This document shows, piece after piece, positions 36,401 through 43,302 of a stretch of 43,302 bases of DNA. The notes under the pieces are model-generated. The model saw nothing but the letters and a program-made list of their open reading frames with translations. It did no database searches and was not told the DNA's origin. The stretch spans positions 1 through 43,302 of the IMG/VR virus record IMGVR_UViG_3300022670_000174. One strand, 5' to 3'. Source of the DNA: a virus. Its lineage: Duplodnaviria > Caudoviricetes. The position numbers and the translations under genes are program-made. Numbering within the stretch: the first letter of the stretch is position 1; each line of letters starts with the position of its first letter.

Positions 36401-36980
36401 AATACTCACTGATAAACTTGGCGCCAATCAGGTAACAGCGGCAAAAATTGCAGCGTTGACCATAACAGCAAATGAGATAGCGGCCTTAACTATTACCGGT
36501 GCAAAAATACAAGGCACAACAATAACAGGCGATAAGATTGTTGCCAACACGTTAACGGCTACACAGATTGATGTTGATAACCTATTTGCTGAAGATATCA
36601 CGGCAACCGGCACCATAGACGGGGCAATAGTAATTGGCGCTGTTGTCAGGACAAAAGACACTGGTGGCGGTGAATTTGGCACTAAAGTTCAAATGGAGGA
36701 CGGAGAATTATGGGCAGGCCCTGGCGCTATAGGTGCAGCCGGTACCGAATGGAAAATAACTAGCGGGATAATTACCGCGTTGAGCGCTGTGTTCAGTAAT
36801 ACTAGTGCTGTTGGCCCAAGAGTCGATATTGTTTCTCCTAATGCGACCGCCTTACGAGTAAATAACGAAATAACAATGACGGGCGAAGCATTTGCTAAAC
36901 GCGATTCAGCCGGAACAACAGACGATATTTCTGTTATTATAAACGACTTAAGTGCTGCAATATTGGCGTTACAGCCATAA
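33477..36980 (+). CDS. Central tail tip/host-specificity protein (gpJ-like) with repeat stalk
   Basis: IPVVYG, CEGEV, NPSLCIYDYL...RYG, LEPGDII, FN3-like segments, then 15-aa and 10-aa repeats. Confidence 0.88.
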   Translation: MGFLSKLIKFIFKLERKLLKSFLPEEAETGVRLEKSGTDHNIPVVYGIRRVPAIKVFKQTSDSDAGSKNENLWIVCVFCEGEVDEIEEIFFNDISENVKPSEFLNIFRFTGTDAQVANPELISEFPVQWTSAHKLSGICYAVIQLIQNKDNDVWQGEPTITARIRGKKVLDVRTDTTAYSTNPSLCIYDYLINSRYGKTVATDRIITQSFKDEADLSETQEEYTETETTFVLEPPDFRTFETFTSIVVKQKDLFTCNVVLDTSATVLSNINILLSGIRGIMPSSAGKLRLQIENAGSSVFSFNDDNIVGEITSGSAGKNNRFNRVIVRFSNELKKFEADEVIFPAPGSALETTWLTEDNTVVLEKSFTFATITNTAEALQMAEVVARRSREDLTASFKALPEAFALEPGDIIDITNDTRGWIAKPFRIVSIGQDYDGLIDLQFIEHQNSIYPWAVTDTTEDIPDTFLTSPQDILTTVGLTFVALIDDSDLQFEITWTDPLNSMVTQHRFEVFETSGPPVLIQEGVVTDNKVQFSDFVAGTYQIKVYAKNASFEADPALLNLSLILPIIPDSITVTPGIFDITAVPQLSGATIGDQFEFALDTTSPILGLGKSIVFASLDPNTEHTVFARTVNALGRSAFASQVVTTLSSDVIVVLIESEWQDQLDQIPRIWDELVSDIGQIFGDGLIDADGIVNRDKIKEETTLRTESIAETDATLAEAQVELDTLNDTTIPVLNARLFDAEQDLIVAEADIVTLNTVTIPAITADINTINTVTIPAITADIDTINNVTIPAITADITDLEDKFPIGTTDISDNAISTPKLQANSVTAAKIVALTITASEIAALTITGAKIAALTITAANIAALTISADKIVALTITGDKIAALTISGDKIIANTISAAKIVANTITAAEIAADTISVNEMAANSIGTSELIATAVTANEIAANTIVAGNIAALTITAAEISANAITASKILAGAILTDKLGANQVTAAKIAALTITANEIAALTITGAKIQGTTITGDKIVANTLTATQIDVDNLFAEDITATGTIDGAIVIGAVVRTKDTGGGEFGTKVQMEDGELWAGPGAIGAAGTEWKITSGIITALSAVFSNTSAVGPRVDIVSPNATALRVNNEITMTGEAFAKRDSAGTTDDISVIINDLSAAILALQP
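35722..35865 (+). repeat. Three 45-nt (15-aa) tandem coding repeats ADIxTxNTVTIPAIT
   Basis: AACACTGTTACTATTCCGGCGATAAC is identical at 35742 and 35787; third copy diverged. Confidence 0.85.
35895..36600 (+). repeat. About 20+ decapeptide repeats (consensus ITAxKIAALT)
   Basis: Visible in translation from IGTTDISDNA to IVANTLTATQI. Confidence 0.9.
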
Positions 36981-36995
36981 CAAGAGGATTTAAAA

Positions 36996-38543
36996 ATGGC
37001 TTCAGGATTTGTAGTTGGCACAGCATCAGTAAATAATGGTTCTAAAATCGTTACGCTTGATGGTGGCGTTGATGCTTCTCAGGTTACTAGCGGTACGGCT
37101 GTTTTTATTGGTGATCCTACATTCCCACCAGTTGAAGCGATTAGCGGCACGGTTGGACAAATAACTTTACGTGAAAATTGGCCCAATGCTAGCCAAACCA
37201 GCGAACCATTCACCACGATTTATACAATTGAGGGCTTGCGTGACGCGGTTCAGAAAGCAAGTGATACCTCGGCTAATATGCTGGCTATTACGAGTAGTTT
37301 CGAGGACTTATTAACAAGCACCGATCCATCAATAGACATCACGATTAACGAAGTTGTAACGCCGTTTACGCCTTATCAATTTTTAGTTGACCAATTTGAA
37401 GCAAGCCAAGTTTTGTTGGATGCTGCAATTATACCGTTGAGTAAATCAAAACTTGATAATCCGCTATTGCACATACTAAAGAAAAACAAACTTGAAGACA
37501 CAATAGCTGGCTCTATAACTTGGACGCGAGCGGATGCAGGAACATTTGTTGATCGTTACGACATTGTACAAGTGGGCGTTATTGACACGCCAAGGGAAGA
37601 AAAAGAAGGGTATTTAATTGAAGGAGCTAGCCGAAACGAGGCTTTATGGGCTCGTGATTTATCTAACGCGGTTTGGGTTAAAACAAATATAACAGCAGTT
37701 AAAGACGCAATTGGCCATGATGGAATTGCAAGCTCCGCATCTACACTGACCGCAAACGCCATTAATGGAACGGTATTTCAACCAATAACACTTGGATCGG
37801 CAGAAAGAACATTTTCTTTCGATGTACGAAGAAAAACCGGAACAGGAACTATTGAAATAACGGACGATGGCGGATCGACTTTTACCGATATCACAAGCTT
37901 ACTGAATTCAGTTTCTTATACTAGGGTTTCTGTTACCACGACTCAGGCTAACCCATCTATAGGGTTTAGAATGGCAATCACCACGGATGAAATAGAGGTT
38001 GATTATGGTCAAATTGAACCGTTAGCTTCTGCCAGTTCAAGAATACCAACAACGACGGTTGCGGCTGTGCGTGGCAGGGACGATATCGCAGTGACATTTA
38101 ATAACAATGTTGACCCAAGTAATGGCACTGTTTTTATTAAGTACAATTACGGGGCTAATGCAAATGCTCAGTCTGTATTGCAAATAGTAAAAACATCGGC
38201 AGTAAACACCGAAAGGTTGTTAATAGCTGCCAATGCGCTCGGAACGTTAGACCAATATATTGTAACGTCTGGTGGTGTTACACAGGTTTCAAGCACCCCC
38301 TCAATACTATTGAACCAAGAACAAAGCGTGACACTGGTATATGGTGATTCATCGGCTATATACCGGAACGGTCTGCCCTTATCGACGGCGGCAGGCACGG
38401 TCCCCCCAGAAGGTTTAGACTTAATTAACATAGGCAAGTCAACACTAGGTGCAGTCTTCGACTTTTATGGCCACATTAACGAGTTGAGAATATACGATTT
38501 TGCACTTAACGCCGACCAAGTTAAATTTTTAGGCGGTTCGTAA
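36996..38543 (+). CDS. Tail fibre/receptor-binding protein with LamG/concanavalin-like C-terminus
   Basis: GTASVNNGSKIVT N-terminus, WTRA...PR...GYLIEGASRN, GHINELRIYDFAL. Confidence 0.78.
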   Translation: MASGFVVGTASVNNGSKIVTLDGGVDASQVTSGTAVFIGDPTFPPVEAISGTVGQITLRENWPNASQTSEPFTTIYTIEGLRDAVQKASDTSANMLAITSSFEDLLTSTDPSIDITINEVVTPFTPYQFLVDQFEASQVLLDAAIIPLSKSKLDNPLLHILKKNKLEDTIAGSITWTRADAGTFVDRYDIVQVGVIDTPREEKEGYLIEGASRNEALWARDLSNAVWVKTNITAVKDAIGHDGIASSASTLTANAINGTVFQPITLGSAERTFSFDVRRKTGTGTIEITDDGGSTFTDITSLLNSVSYTRVSVTTTQANPSIGFRMAITTDEIEVDYGQIEPLASASSRIPTTTVAAVRGRDDIAVTFNNNVDPSNGTVFIKYNYGANANAQSVLQIVKTSAVNTERLLIAANALGTLDQYIVTSGGVTQVSSTPSILLNQEQSVTLVYGDSSAIYRNGLPLSTAAGTVPPEGLDLINIGKSTLGAVFDFYGHINELRIYDFALNADQVKFLGGS

Positions 38544-38638
38544 TGAATAAGTTACAAATAACATTAGAACTAGCGCAAGCGGGGGTATTATTTGCCCCGG
38601 CTTCGTTCCTTACGGCTTCAATGGAAGAGTTAGCATGA
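38543..38638 (+). CDS. 31-aa ORF, possibly a truncated gene remnant
   Basis: MNKLQITLELAQAGVLFAPASFLTASMEELA; overlaps both neighbours (TAATG, ATGA). Confidence 0.45.
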   Translation: MNKLQITLELAQAGVLFAPASFLTASMEELA

Positions 38639-38988
38639 CAAAACTTAGCGGTACTTATTATAATAAAGAAGAGTTTACTTATTATTCTAAGCGATACAAT
38701 AAACGCATTACTGTTTTGTTTGATGAAAAGTCTGATGGTGCTAGCGGGGCTTTTGATATTGATTCTGATTCTTGGTGGGTTCATGACACAGCTAAAAAAT
38801 ACCAAGTGTGGGATGATGGTTCAAAGATAACGAATTGGCAAGCTAGTTTTGTTATTTATGACTTACTGTTAAAGGAAGATTATTATATCAGGGCTAGAAC
38901 TTGGTTTATCACTACATTAGCATGGGGTTCAATCGTTAAGAAAAACCCCCTTGCTAAGATACCTGAAAACTTACATAAATATAATTAA
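38635..38988 (+). CDS. DUF1353-like protein
   Basis: SDGAS...WWVHD motif; after the tail fibre gene. Confidence 0.6.
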   Translation: MTKLSGTYYNKEEFTYYSKRYNKRITVLFDEKSDGASGAFDIDSDSWWVHDTAKKYQVWDDGSKITNWQASFVIYDLLLKEDYYIRARTWFITTLAWGSIVKKNPLAKIPENLHKYN

Positions 38989-39227
38989 AGTTCGTTAGCC
39001 GTGTCGTTAAGCGTCGAACACATTTTGTTATATAATTCCCTTAATTCCTTCGTGGGAAACTTCCTTTTTATTGAACCCACAGAATATACGTCGCACATGC
39101 CTTTTATCGACCCGTTAACCAAGGCATCGTTAGCATCTGCACCCTTAGCGATTATGCTTCCTAATCCTGCACAGCCTGATATAAACAATACAAATAACAA
39201 CATCATTACTTTTTTCACATTAACCAC
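38985..39227 (-). CDS. Lipoprotein (possible spanin component)
   Basis: Basic N-terminus, hydrophobic core, lipobox ISGC; directly downstream of the lysin candidate. Confidence 0.65.
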   Translation of the reverse strand: MVNVKKVMMLLFVLFISGCAGLGSIIAKGADANDALVNGSIKGMCDVYSVGSIKRKFPTKELRELYNKMCSTLNDTANEL

Positions 39228-39228
39228 C

Positions 39229-39642
39229 TTAATTCCTAATAATTTGAAGTTTAAATTCTTTACCGTTCAATTCATCCATTAAGTCATTAAACGTCACACC
39301 ACTATGTAAAACTGCTCTAACTCCTTTTAGAACGCCAAATTTGTTGCCAACAATAATACAACCTTGAGTATGGCTAACAAGATTCCCTTTATGAATTAAA
39401 ATGTGTGTTCTTGTTGCCGGACCATGAAGTCTCACGCCCTTATCGTTTAGCGAGTGCAAATAGTACGTTTCACCAAAACGAGGGCTTACAATCGGTTTGA
39501 CGGCGTAATTACCAGCGGGAACACATGAAATATTTGGCTTATTGTTTAGCCAGGGTCTTTCGAGTGTATAACAAACAAATCGATCGCCATCGTAAAGCTT
39601 TCCCCATGTTCCTACATTATCGCTAAATGTAATTAGTTTCAT
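39229..39642 (-). CDS. DUF5675 family protein, candidate endolysin (YkuD/L,D-transpeptidase-like His/Cys motif)
   Basis: T.GKLY...CYTLERPW..N...ISCVPAGNY and RTHILIHKGN...TQGCIIVG. Confidence 0.78.
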   Translation of the reverse strand: MKLITFSDNVGTWGKLYDGDRFVCYTLERPWLNNKPNISCVPAGNYAVKPIVSPRFGETYYLHSLNDKGVRLHGPATRTHILIHKGNLVSHTQGCIIVGNKFGVLKGVRAVLHSGVTFNDLMDELNGKEFKLQIIRN

Positions 39643-39659
39643 AATATTCCTTAATTGGA

Positions 39660-39726
39660 TTAGACGACCGGCAGATTGTCTCAGTTCGCTGTAGACATCA
39701 TTGAGAACGTTAAGCCAGCCGTCTAA
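39660..39726 (-). promoter_or_regulatory. Structured RNA element upstream of the lysin candidate
   Basis: Minus strand TTAGACGGCTGGC pairs with GCCGGTCGTCTAA (13 bp, two G.U), enclosing an inner TCTCA/TGAGA stem. Confidence 0.55.
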
Positions 39727-40003
39727 ATTCTTTAATCTTTAATCTTATTTTATCATAAACGTGTACATAGTCCGTATTGCAAAAACAACCAACTAATTCA
39801 CTACCCTCTATTGGTTGTTTTATATATTTTTGCCCAAGCACAGTATCAGCAAATATAGCCCACACATCACCGTTAGTTTTAACAAAGACAGCTATTCTAT
39901 TATGATCCCTAGCGTATGCAATTCTACCCATTAAATCCAAATTGCTAATTGGATCGTCTATTTCAAAGTTGATATTATCAATACAACCGTAACCACTCTT
40001 CAT
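39710..40003 (-). CDS. Hypothetical protein
   Basis: Start reassigned to ATG 40003 (MKSGYG...), overlapping the stop of a small upstream ORF. Confidence 0.6.
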   Translation of the reverse strand: MKSGYGCIDNINFEIDDPISNLDLMGRIAYARDHNRIAVFVKTNGDVWAIFADTVLGQKYIKQPIEGSELVGCFCNTDYVHVYDKIRLKIKEFRRLA

Positions 40004-40119
40004 GAGAAGTAACCAGATAGCGTATAAATACACCAATTACCAAGGAAGAACTGAGCAGCACACAAACAAAAACCTAGTACTGATATAAATGTAACCAACT
40101 CCCAAAAATCATCATTCAT
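40000..40119 (-). CDS. Small membrane peptide (39 aa), not in ORF track
   Basis: MNDDFWELVTFISVLGFCLCAAQFFLGNWCIYTLSGYFS; ATGA overlap. Confidence 0.45.
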   Translation of the reverse strand: MNDDFWELVTFISVLGFCLCAAQFFLGNWCIYTLSGYFS

Positions 40120-40144
40120 GTTGATACCCAATTAGGTTAGAAAA

Positions 40145-40477
40145 CTAAATTTTATCGTATAGTGAAAACGATATAAATTCACTACCTTTTTCAACTATCT
40201 CTTTTTCTACAATTAATTTAAAAATCATTTTATCATTGAATTTGTATTTCTTTTCCAAACAATCAATAAAACACTTAAGCGGATTATCTATGTCCGATTT
40301 TTCGCATGAAAAACCAAAGGTAACTTCTAACGTAAGCTTATTTTTAGATACTTTTAATGGCGGCAATATATACATCATTTCGGTGATGTAATATTTATAT
40401 TTTTTGGTCTTGAACCGCTTTCCTTGCCAAGCTAGATTTACAGAAAGTGCCTTAATGTTTATTTTAAACATAATCAA
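40145..40477 (-). CDS. rusA: RusA-family Holliday junction resolvase
   Basis: LSVN..W, SDIDNPLK..ID.L, FND motifs. Confidence 0.85.
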   Translation of the reverse strand: MIMFKINIKALSVNLAWQGKRFKTKKYKYYITEMMYILPPLKVSKNKLTLEVTFGFSCEKSDIDNPLKCFIDCLEKKYKFNDKMIFKLIVEKEIVEKGSEFISFSLYDKI

Positions 40478-40854
40478 GCCCTTGTATCCATGATAGCGTT
40501 ATGCACTTCATCTGGTGGAACAGCATAACCATCAACACACATAGCGGCGTACATTTCATCAAATATAGATCTCTGACTGCCGAATCTATCAGTAAATCTA
40601 TGTTTAAAATGGGTAACGTTGTCAGGGTGATCACTTAAAACTTTGTGTAATTCTGTTGGCACAGGAATAATAAACCAGTGACCAATAGCAACCTTATTGT
40701 GCTTTGCGCTTCTGCCAAGCGCGTGATGCAACTCAAATGGCGAGTCATGATACTTATCACCATAAATAAGATACAACCCTTGATCACTAGCGAATTCCGC
40801 AATATCAGACATCCACTTTCTTTGTTTTGTATTTGCGTTTTTACTTTTTGCCAT
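40474..40854 (-). CDS. Ref/DUF968-like HNH-related protein
   Basis: ELHH...GHWFIIPV...H...H...F..RFGSQ; lacks the usual Cys pairs; start reassigned to ATG 40854. Confidence 0.5.
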   Translation of the reverse strand: MAKSKNANTKQRKWMSDIAEFASDQGLYLIYGDKYHDSPFELHHALGRSAKHNKVAIGHWFIIPVPTELHKVLSDHPDNVTHFKHRFTDRFGSQRSIFDEMYAAMCVDGYAVPPDEVHNAIMDTRA

Positions 40855-41080
40855 TATCGTGCGCCTTTTTGTTTTTGAGAGCATGATAATAAACTAAATT
40901 AGCCGCTCGCCTTGCTGCATTTTCTTTTTTGATTTCGTTTGGTTCGTTTTTATATGCTTCTTGAAAAGCTAAACTGGCACTAGAAACAATTTGTTTGTAC
41001 AGGTAAGCTCCAAGCTCTTTCCTACAACGTTGATGAAATTTCTTATCATCTCTATTTGCTATGCTTCTGTAACTAATCAT
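40841..41080 (-). CDS. Hypothetical basic protein
   Basis: 79 aa, overlapping operon packing. Confidence 0.6.
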   Translation of the reverse strand: MISYRSIANRDDKKFHQRCRKELGAYLYKQIVSSASLAFQEAYKNEPNEIKKENAARRAANLVYYHALKNKKAHDNGKK

Positions 41081-41664
41081 GTGAAACTCAACAAGTTATT
41101 TGCTGCCTCTTCTGCTTGACATTCACTTACAAATACCCGGCTTAAAACAAAGTGCCAACAAACATTAAAAACAGCTTTATAAAGTTGACTAAACTCTATT
41201 TCGTCCATACTGGCAAAGCTTATTGATCTAGCTTCTTTGATTATTCCCCCAGGTACAGCTATTTCATCATAGTAACCAGCTTCAATAGTTAACCATTTTC
41301 GGAACGGTTCAAAGGCTTTTTCGATAGTTTGGATTGTTGCCCGGCGTTCTTGGCTTTCTGCTCGCATAAATTCACGACCATAGTCGATAAAAAAACCATT
41401 ATTATTATTGTAATTATCAAGCGTCATGAATATTTTTGTGGCAATTCGTTTTTCGTCTTCCGTTAACACACCGCTTGATGGTTCGTAATAATCAAATGTC
41501 AAATTCAAAAGAGCAAAGAACTTTCTAAGAAATTTCGGGTTGCGTATTTGTTTAAAGCTACCGGCGATAATAGCGCCAAGCCTCCATTTATCATAAATGT
41601 CCTTGTCGTGCTCAGTGTGAGGCACTAACCCGGCATTTGTTTTGATAAAAGATAACTCGGCCAT
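41077..41664 (-). CDS. DUF1367 family (NinB-like) protein
   Basis: RNPKFLRKFFALL, FRKWLTIEAGYYD, RSISFASMDEIEF..LY motifs. Confidence 0.85.
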   Translation of the reverse strand: MAELSFIKTNAGLVPHTEHDKDIYDKWRLGAIIAGSFKQIRNPKFLRKFFALLNLTFDYYEPSSGVLTEDEKRIATKIFMTLDNYNNNNGFFIDYGREFMRAESQERRATIQTIEKAFEPFRKWLTIEAGYYDEIAVPGGIIKEARSISFASMDEIEFSQLYKAVFNVCWHFVLSRVFVSECQAEEAANNLLSFT

Positions 41665-41694
41665 TACTTACGCGCCTTTATTATTAGTAAAGAG

Positions 41695-41853
41695 CTAAAC
41701 ATCTTCAATCTTAGCTTTCTTTACATAATTAAAATTATTGGCCCACAAAAACATAACAACTCCGACAATTATTTTTATATCTCCGATTAAATAACACCCA
41801 ATAGCCGATATAGTTAATTGCATGATTATGATTGTAGCCTTTGTTTTGTTCAT
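41695..41853 (-). CDS. Small membrane protein (52 aa), not in ORF track
   Basis: GGAG RBS within the 21-bp repeat; MNKTKATIIIMQLTISAIGCYLIGDIKIIVGVVMFLWANNF... Confidence 0.6.
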   Translation of the reverse strand: MNKTKATIIIMQLTISAIGCYLIGDIKIIVGVVMFLWANNFNYVKKAKIEDV

Positions 41854-41859
41854 TCTTCT

Positions 41860-41880
41860 TTCTCCAATTCGCTAGTTAAT
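41860..41880. repeat. 21-bp direct repeat, copy 1
   Basis: TTCTCCAATTCGCTAGTTAAT, identical to 42424-42444. Confidence 0.9.
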
Positions 41881-41892
41881 AAAAATTACTTG

Positions 41893-42252
41893 CTACTCAT
41901 TACTAGTAATCCTTTCAAGTTGAAACTTCAGATAATTAATTAAGAACGGCTTTAACAAATTAGAATGAATTTCTACCTTGTTGTGTTTCCATAAATACAA
42001 TTCAACTTCGTTAATTAATTTATCAATTGATTCAGCTTTAATTAAATTGTTCGCTTTTACACAGTCAGGACAATCGATTGAATCAAGTATATTGCCAATC
42101 ATTCCGTGACCATCGCACATTTGACAAACCCTGATTCTATATGATTCATTCTCGCGCTCTAACTTCTCAACCTTAGCAACCAATTCAAAAACCGGAACAT
42201 CAAGCAATTGGCCGCAACAACTGTCCTTTATTATTTCGCTTGCTTTAGTCAT
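41893..42252 (-). CDS. Hypothetical protein with DnaJ-like zinc-finger motif
   Basis: CQMCDGHG ... CPDC. Confidence 0.65.
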   Translation of the reverse strand: MTKASEIIKDSCCGQLLDVPVFELVAKVEKLERENESYRIRVCQMCDGHGMIGNILDSIDCPDCVKANNLIKAESIDKLINEVELYLWKHNKVEIHSNLLKPFLINYLKFQLERITSNE

Positions 42253-42275
42253 AGCTTTATACCTTAATTACAGTG

Positions 42276-42419
42276 TTATTTTGTTTTAACTGAGTTTGCA
42301 TTTAGCATTATTAAAAACCCCCAACCCCAATAACCATCTGTAAATGCAGCCAACCCAACGACACATACAGCACATGCGACAATAGTTATCATGTTTTCTA
42401 TAAATGCGTACTTGTACAT
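42276..42419 (-). CDS. Small membrane protein (47 aa), not in ORF track
   Basis: GGAG RBS within the 21-bp repeat; MYKYAFIENMITIVACAVCVVGLAAFTDGYWGWGFLIMLNANSVKTK. Confidence 0.6.
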   Translation of the reverse strand: MYKYAFIENMITIVACAVCVVGLAAFTDGYWGWGFLIMLNANSVKTK

Positions 42420-42423
42420 TTCC

Positions 42424-42444
42424 TTCTCCAATTCGCTAGTTAAT
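42424..42444. repeat. 21-bp direct repeat, copy 2
   Basis: Identical to 41860-41880. Confidence 0.9.
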
Positions 42445-42628
42445 TATATTTGTAATGCTTATATTCTTTAAAAATCTTAGCTAACTTAAAGGCACCCATC
42501 GACATACATTGGTACTTATATAACCTAAAAAGTCTTTTAATTTTACATGGTTTAGGTGCCGTTCTAGCTTGCCTATGCTTTTTTAAAGTAGACTTTATTT
42601 CCACAGTTAAATTGTCAGAATAGCTCAT
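42440..42628 (-). CDS. Hypothetical basic protein
   Basis: 62 aa, ATGA overlap with the upstream small ORF. Confidence 0.55.
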   Translation of the reverse strand: MSYSDNLTVEIKSTLKKHRQARTAPKPCKIKRLFRLYKYQCMSMGAFKLAKIFKEYKHYKYN

Positions 42629-42750
42629 ACCACACCACCCATTTTACCCATATAAGCCAATAACAAAATCGCGGAAAAAACAACAACTAAAATAAAAACT
42701 GTTTCTATTGTTACGTCAGCGTGATTCTTTCTCTTTTGTTGTCGTTTCAT
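42625..42750 (-). CDS. Small membrane peptide (41 aa), not in ORF track
   Basis: MKRQQKRKNHADVTIETVFILVVVFSAILLLAYMGKMGGVV. Confidence 0.55.
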   Translation of the reverse strand: MKRQQKRKNHADVTIETVFILVVVFSAILLLAYMGKMGGVV

Positions 42751-42765
42751 AGTGATCACCATTAG

Positions 42766-43020
42766 TTAATCCCTTGGTAAATCCATCCAATATTGAACGT
42801 ACTTGGTGTTGTATTCACCAAAATTACTCATGTATCTCTTTTTTGAATCTGGTGCTGGTTCATACATGTCACATAAAGGCGTAAACCGTTGCGTTATCCT
42901 GTGTTGCTCACTTTCGAATACACCAAGACAATAACGGAATTCCTCAACGGTAAAGTCGTTAGTGCCAATTACATGACCCATCATAGTTTCAAAACATCTT
43001 ATTTTGTCGCCAACTTTCAT
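42766..43020 (-). CDS. Hypothetical phage protein
   Basis: 84 aa, AGGA RBS. Confidence 0.7.
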   Translation of the reverse strand: MKVGDKIRCFETMMGHVIGTNDFTVEEFRYCLGVFESEQHRITQRFTPLCDMYEPAPDSKKRYMSNFGEYNTKYVQYWMDLPRD

Positions 43021-43032
43021 TTTACTTTCCTT

Positions 43033-43194
43033 TTACCAGGACTCTAACCCTTTTTCGATTCTATACTCGTTCCACTTACTAACCATATTGCTTGCCACAT
43101 CAATAGCATTTTTTAAATTTGGAAGTTCACGCTTTAACTGTTCCGCTGTGATCATTTCAAATTCTGTGGGTAGTGGTAACTCTTGTTGTTTCAA
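43033..43194 (-). CDS. Small hypothetical protein directly downstream of the MTase across the circular junction
   Basis: TTG start overlapping the MTase TGA (or an internal ATG); ...EMITAEQLKRELPNLKNAIDVASNMVSKWNEYRIEKGLESW. Confidence 0.45.
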   Translation of the reverse strand: MKQQELPLPTEFEMITAEQLKRELPNLKNAIDVASNMVSKWNEYRIEKGLESW

Positions 43195-43302
43195 AACATA
43201 TCCATTTGTGATGTAGATTGTTCAATTCTAGCCTTTGCCGCTTCAAAATAATCTTTATCTAACTCGCATCCAACCAAATCAACACCGAAATAATAACAGG
43301 CT
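43159..43302. repeat. Direct terminal repeat, copy 2
   Basis: Identical to 1-144. Confidence 0.95.

Noticed and set aside
35471-37021. Chain of long antisense ORFs over the tail tip gene (also 7557-8162, 12808-13233, 19550-20080, 28969-29469, 34061-34723)
   Set aside because: Shadow frames of repetitive or biased sense-strand coding; no RBS or independent motifs
36996-38988. Diversity-generating retroelement or invertible tail-fibre system
   Set aside because: No reverse transcriptase, no TR/VR pair differing at adenines, and no invertase or flanking inverted repeats were seen
43159-43302. 144-bp terminal repeat as a biological DTR or att site
   Set aside because: It ends in the middle of the MTase gene and has the size of an assembler k-mer overlap; best explained as a circular or permuted assembly
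1-43302. tRNA genes, stop-codon recoding, introns or inteins
   Set aside because: No cloverleaf seen by eye in the short intergenic gaps; core genes are full length in the standard code without insertions (tRNAscan-SE would be the definitive check)

Overview
The window is an apparently complete, circularly assembled ~43.16 kb genome of an AT-rich tailed dsDNA phage; bases 1-144 are repeated at 43159-43302. The tail genes are siphovirus-like and the gene content suggests a marine gammaproteobacterial host (inference). The layout is lambdoid. A leftward arm carries a Cro-like HTH, a DUF1376-type replication initiator with internal iteron-like repeats, a DnaC-like loader, a 2OG-Fe(II)-oxygenase-like gene and an amino-MTase, and continues across the junction into a nin-like region (DUF1367, Ref-like, RusA) ending in a DUF5675 lysin candidate and a lipoprotein. 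A rightward arm carries RecT, YqaJ exonuclease, PapB-like, MazG-like and metzincin protease genes, followed by the late genes (terminase, portal, head, neck, tail, two tip/fibre proteins). I found no integrase, CI repressor, Q, tRNA, CRISPR array or reverse transcriptase. The most notable observations are: (1) a predicted promoter followed by a 22-aa polyproline ORF that opens a cluster of three overlapping membrane-protein genes including the holin candidate, directly after the metalloprotease; (2) a pre-terminase structural cassette with a 22-aa-repeat protein and a small beta-rich subunit; (3) an inverted, HTH-led small-gene cassette splitting the neck genes and containing a frameshifted gene; (4) a strand-specific RNA stem in front of the lysin candidate; (5) seven predicted sigma70-like promoters that all have a 16-bp spacer. 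All family calls come from motif recognition by eye, not database searches.
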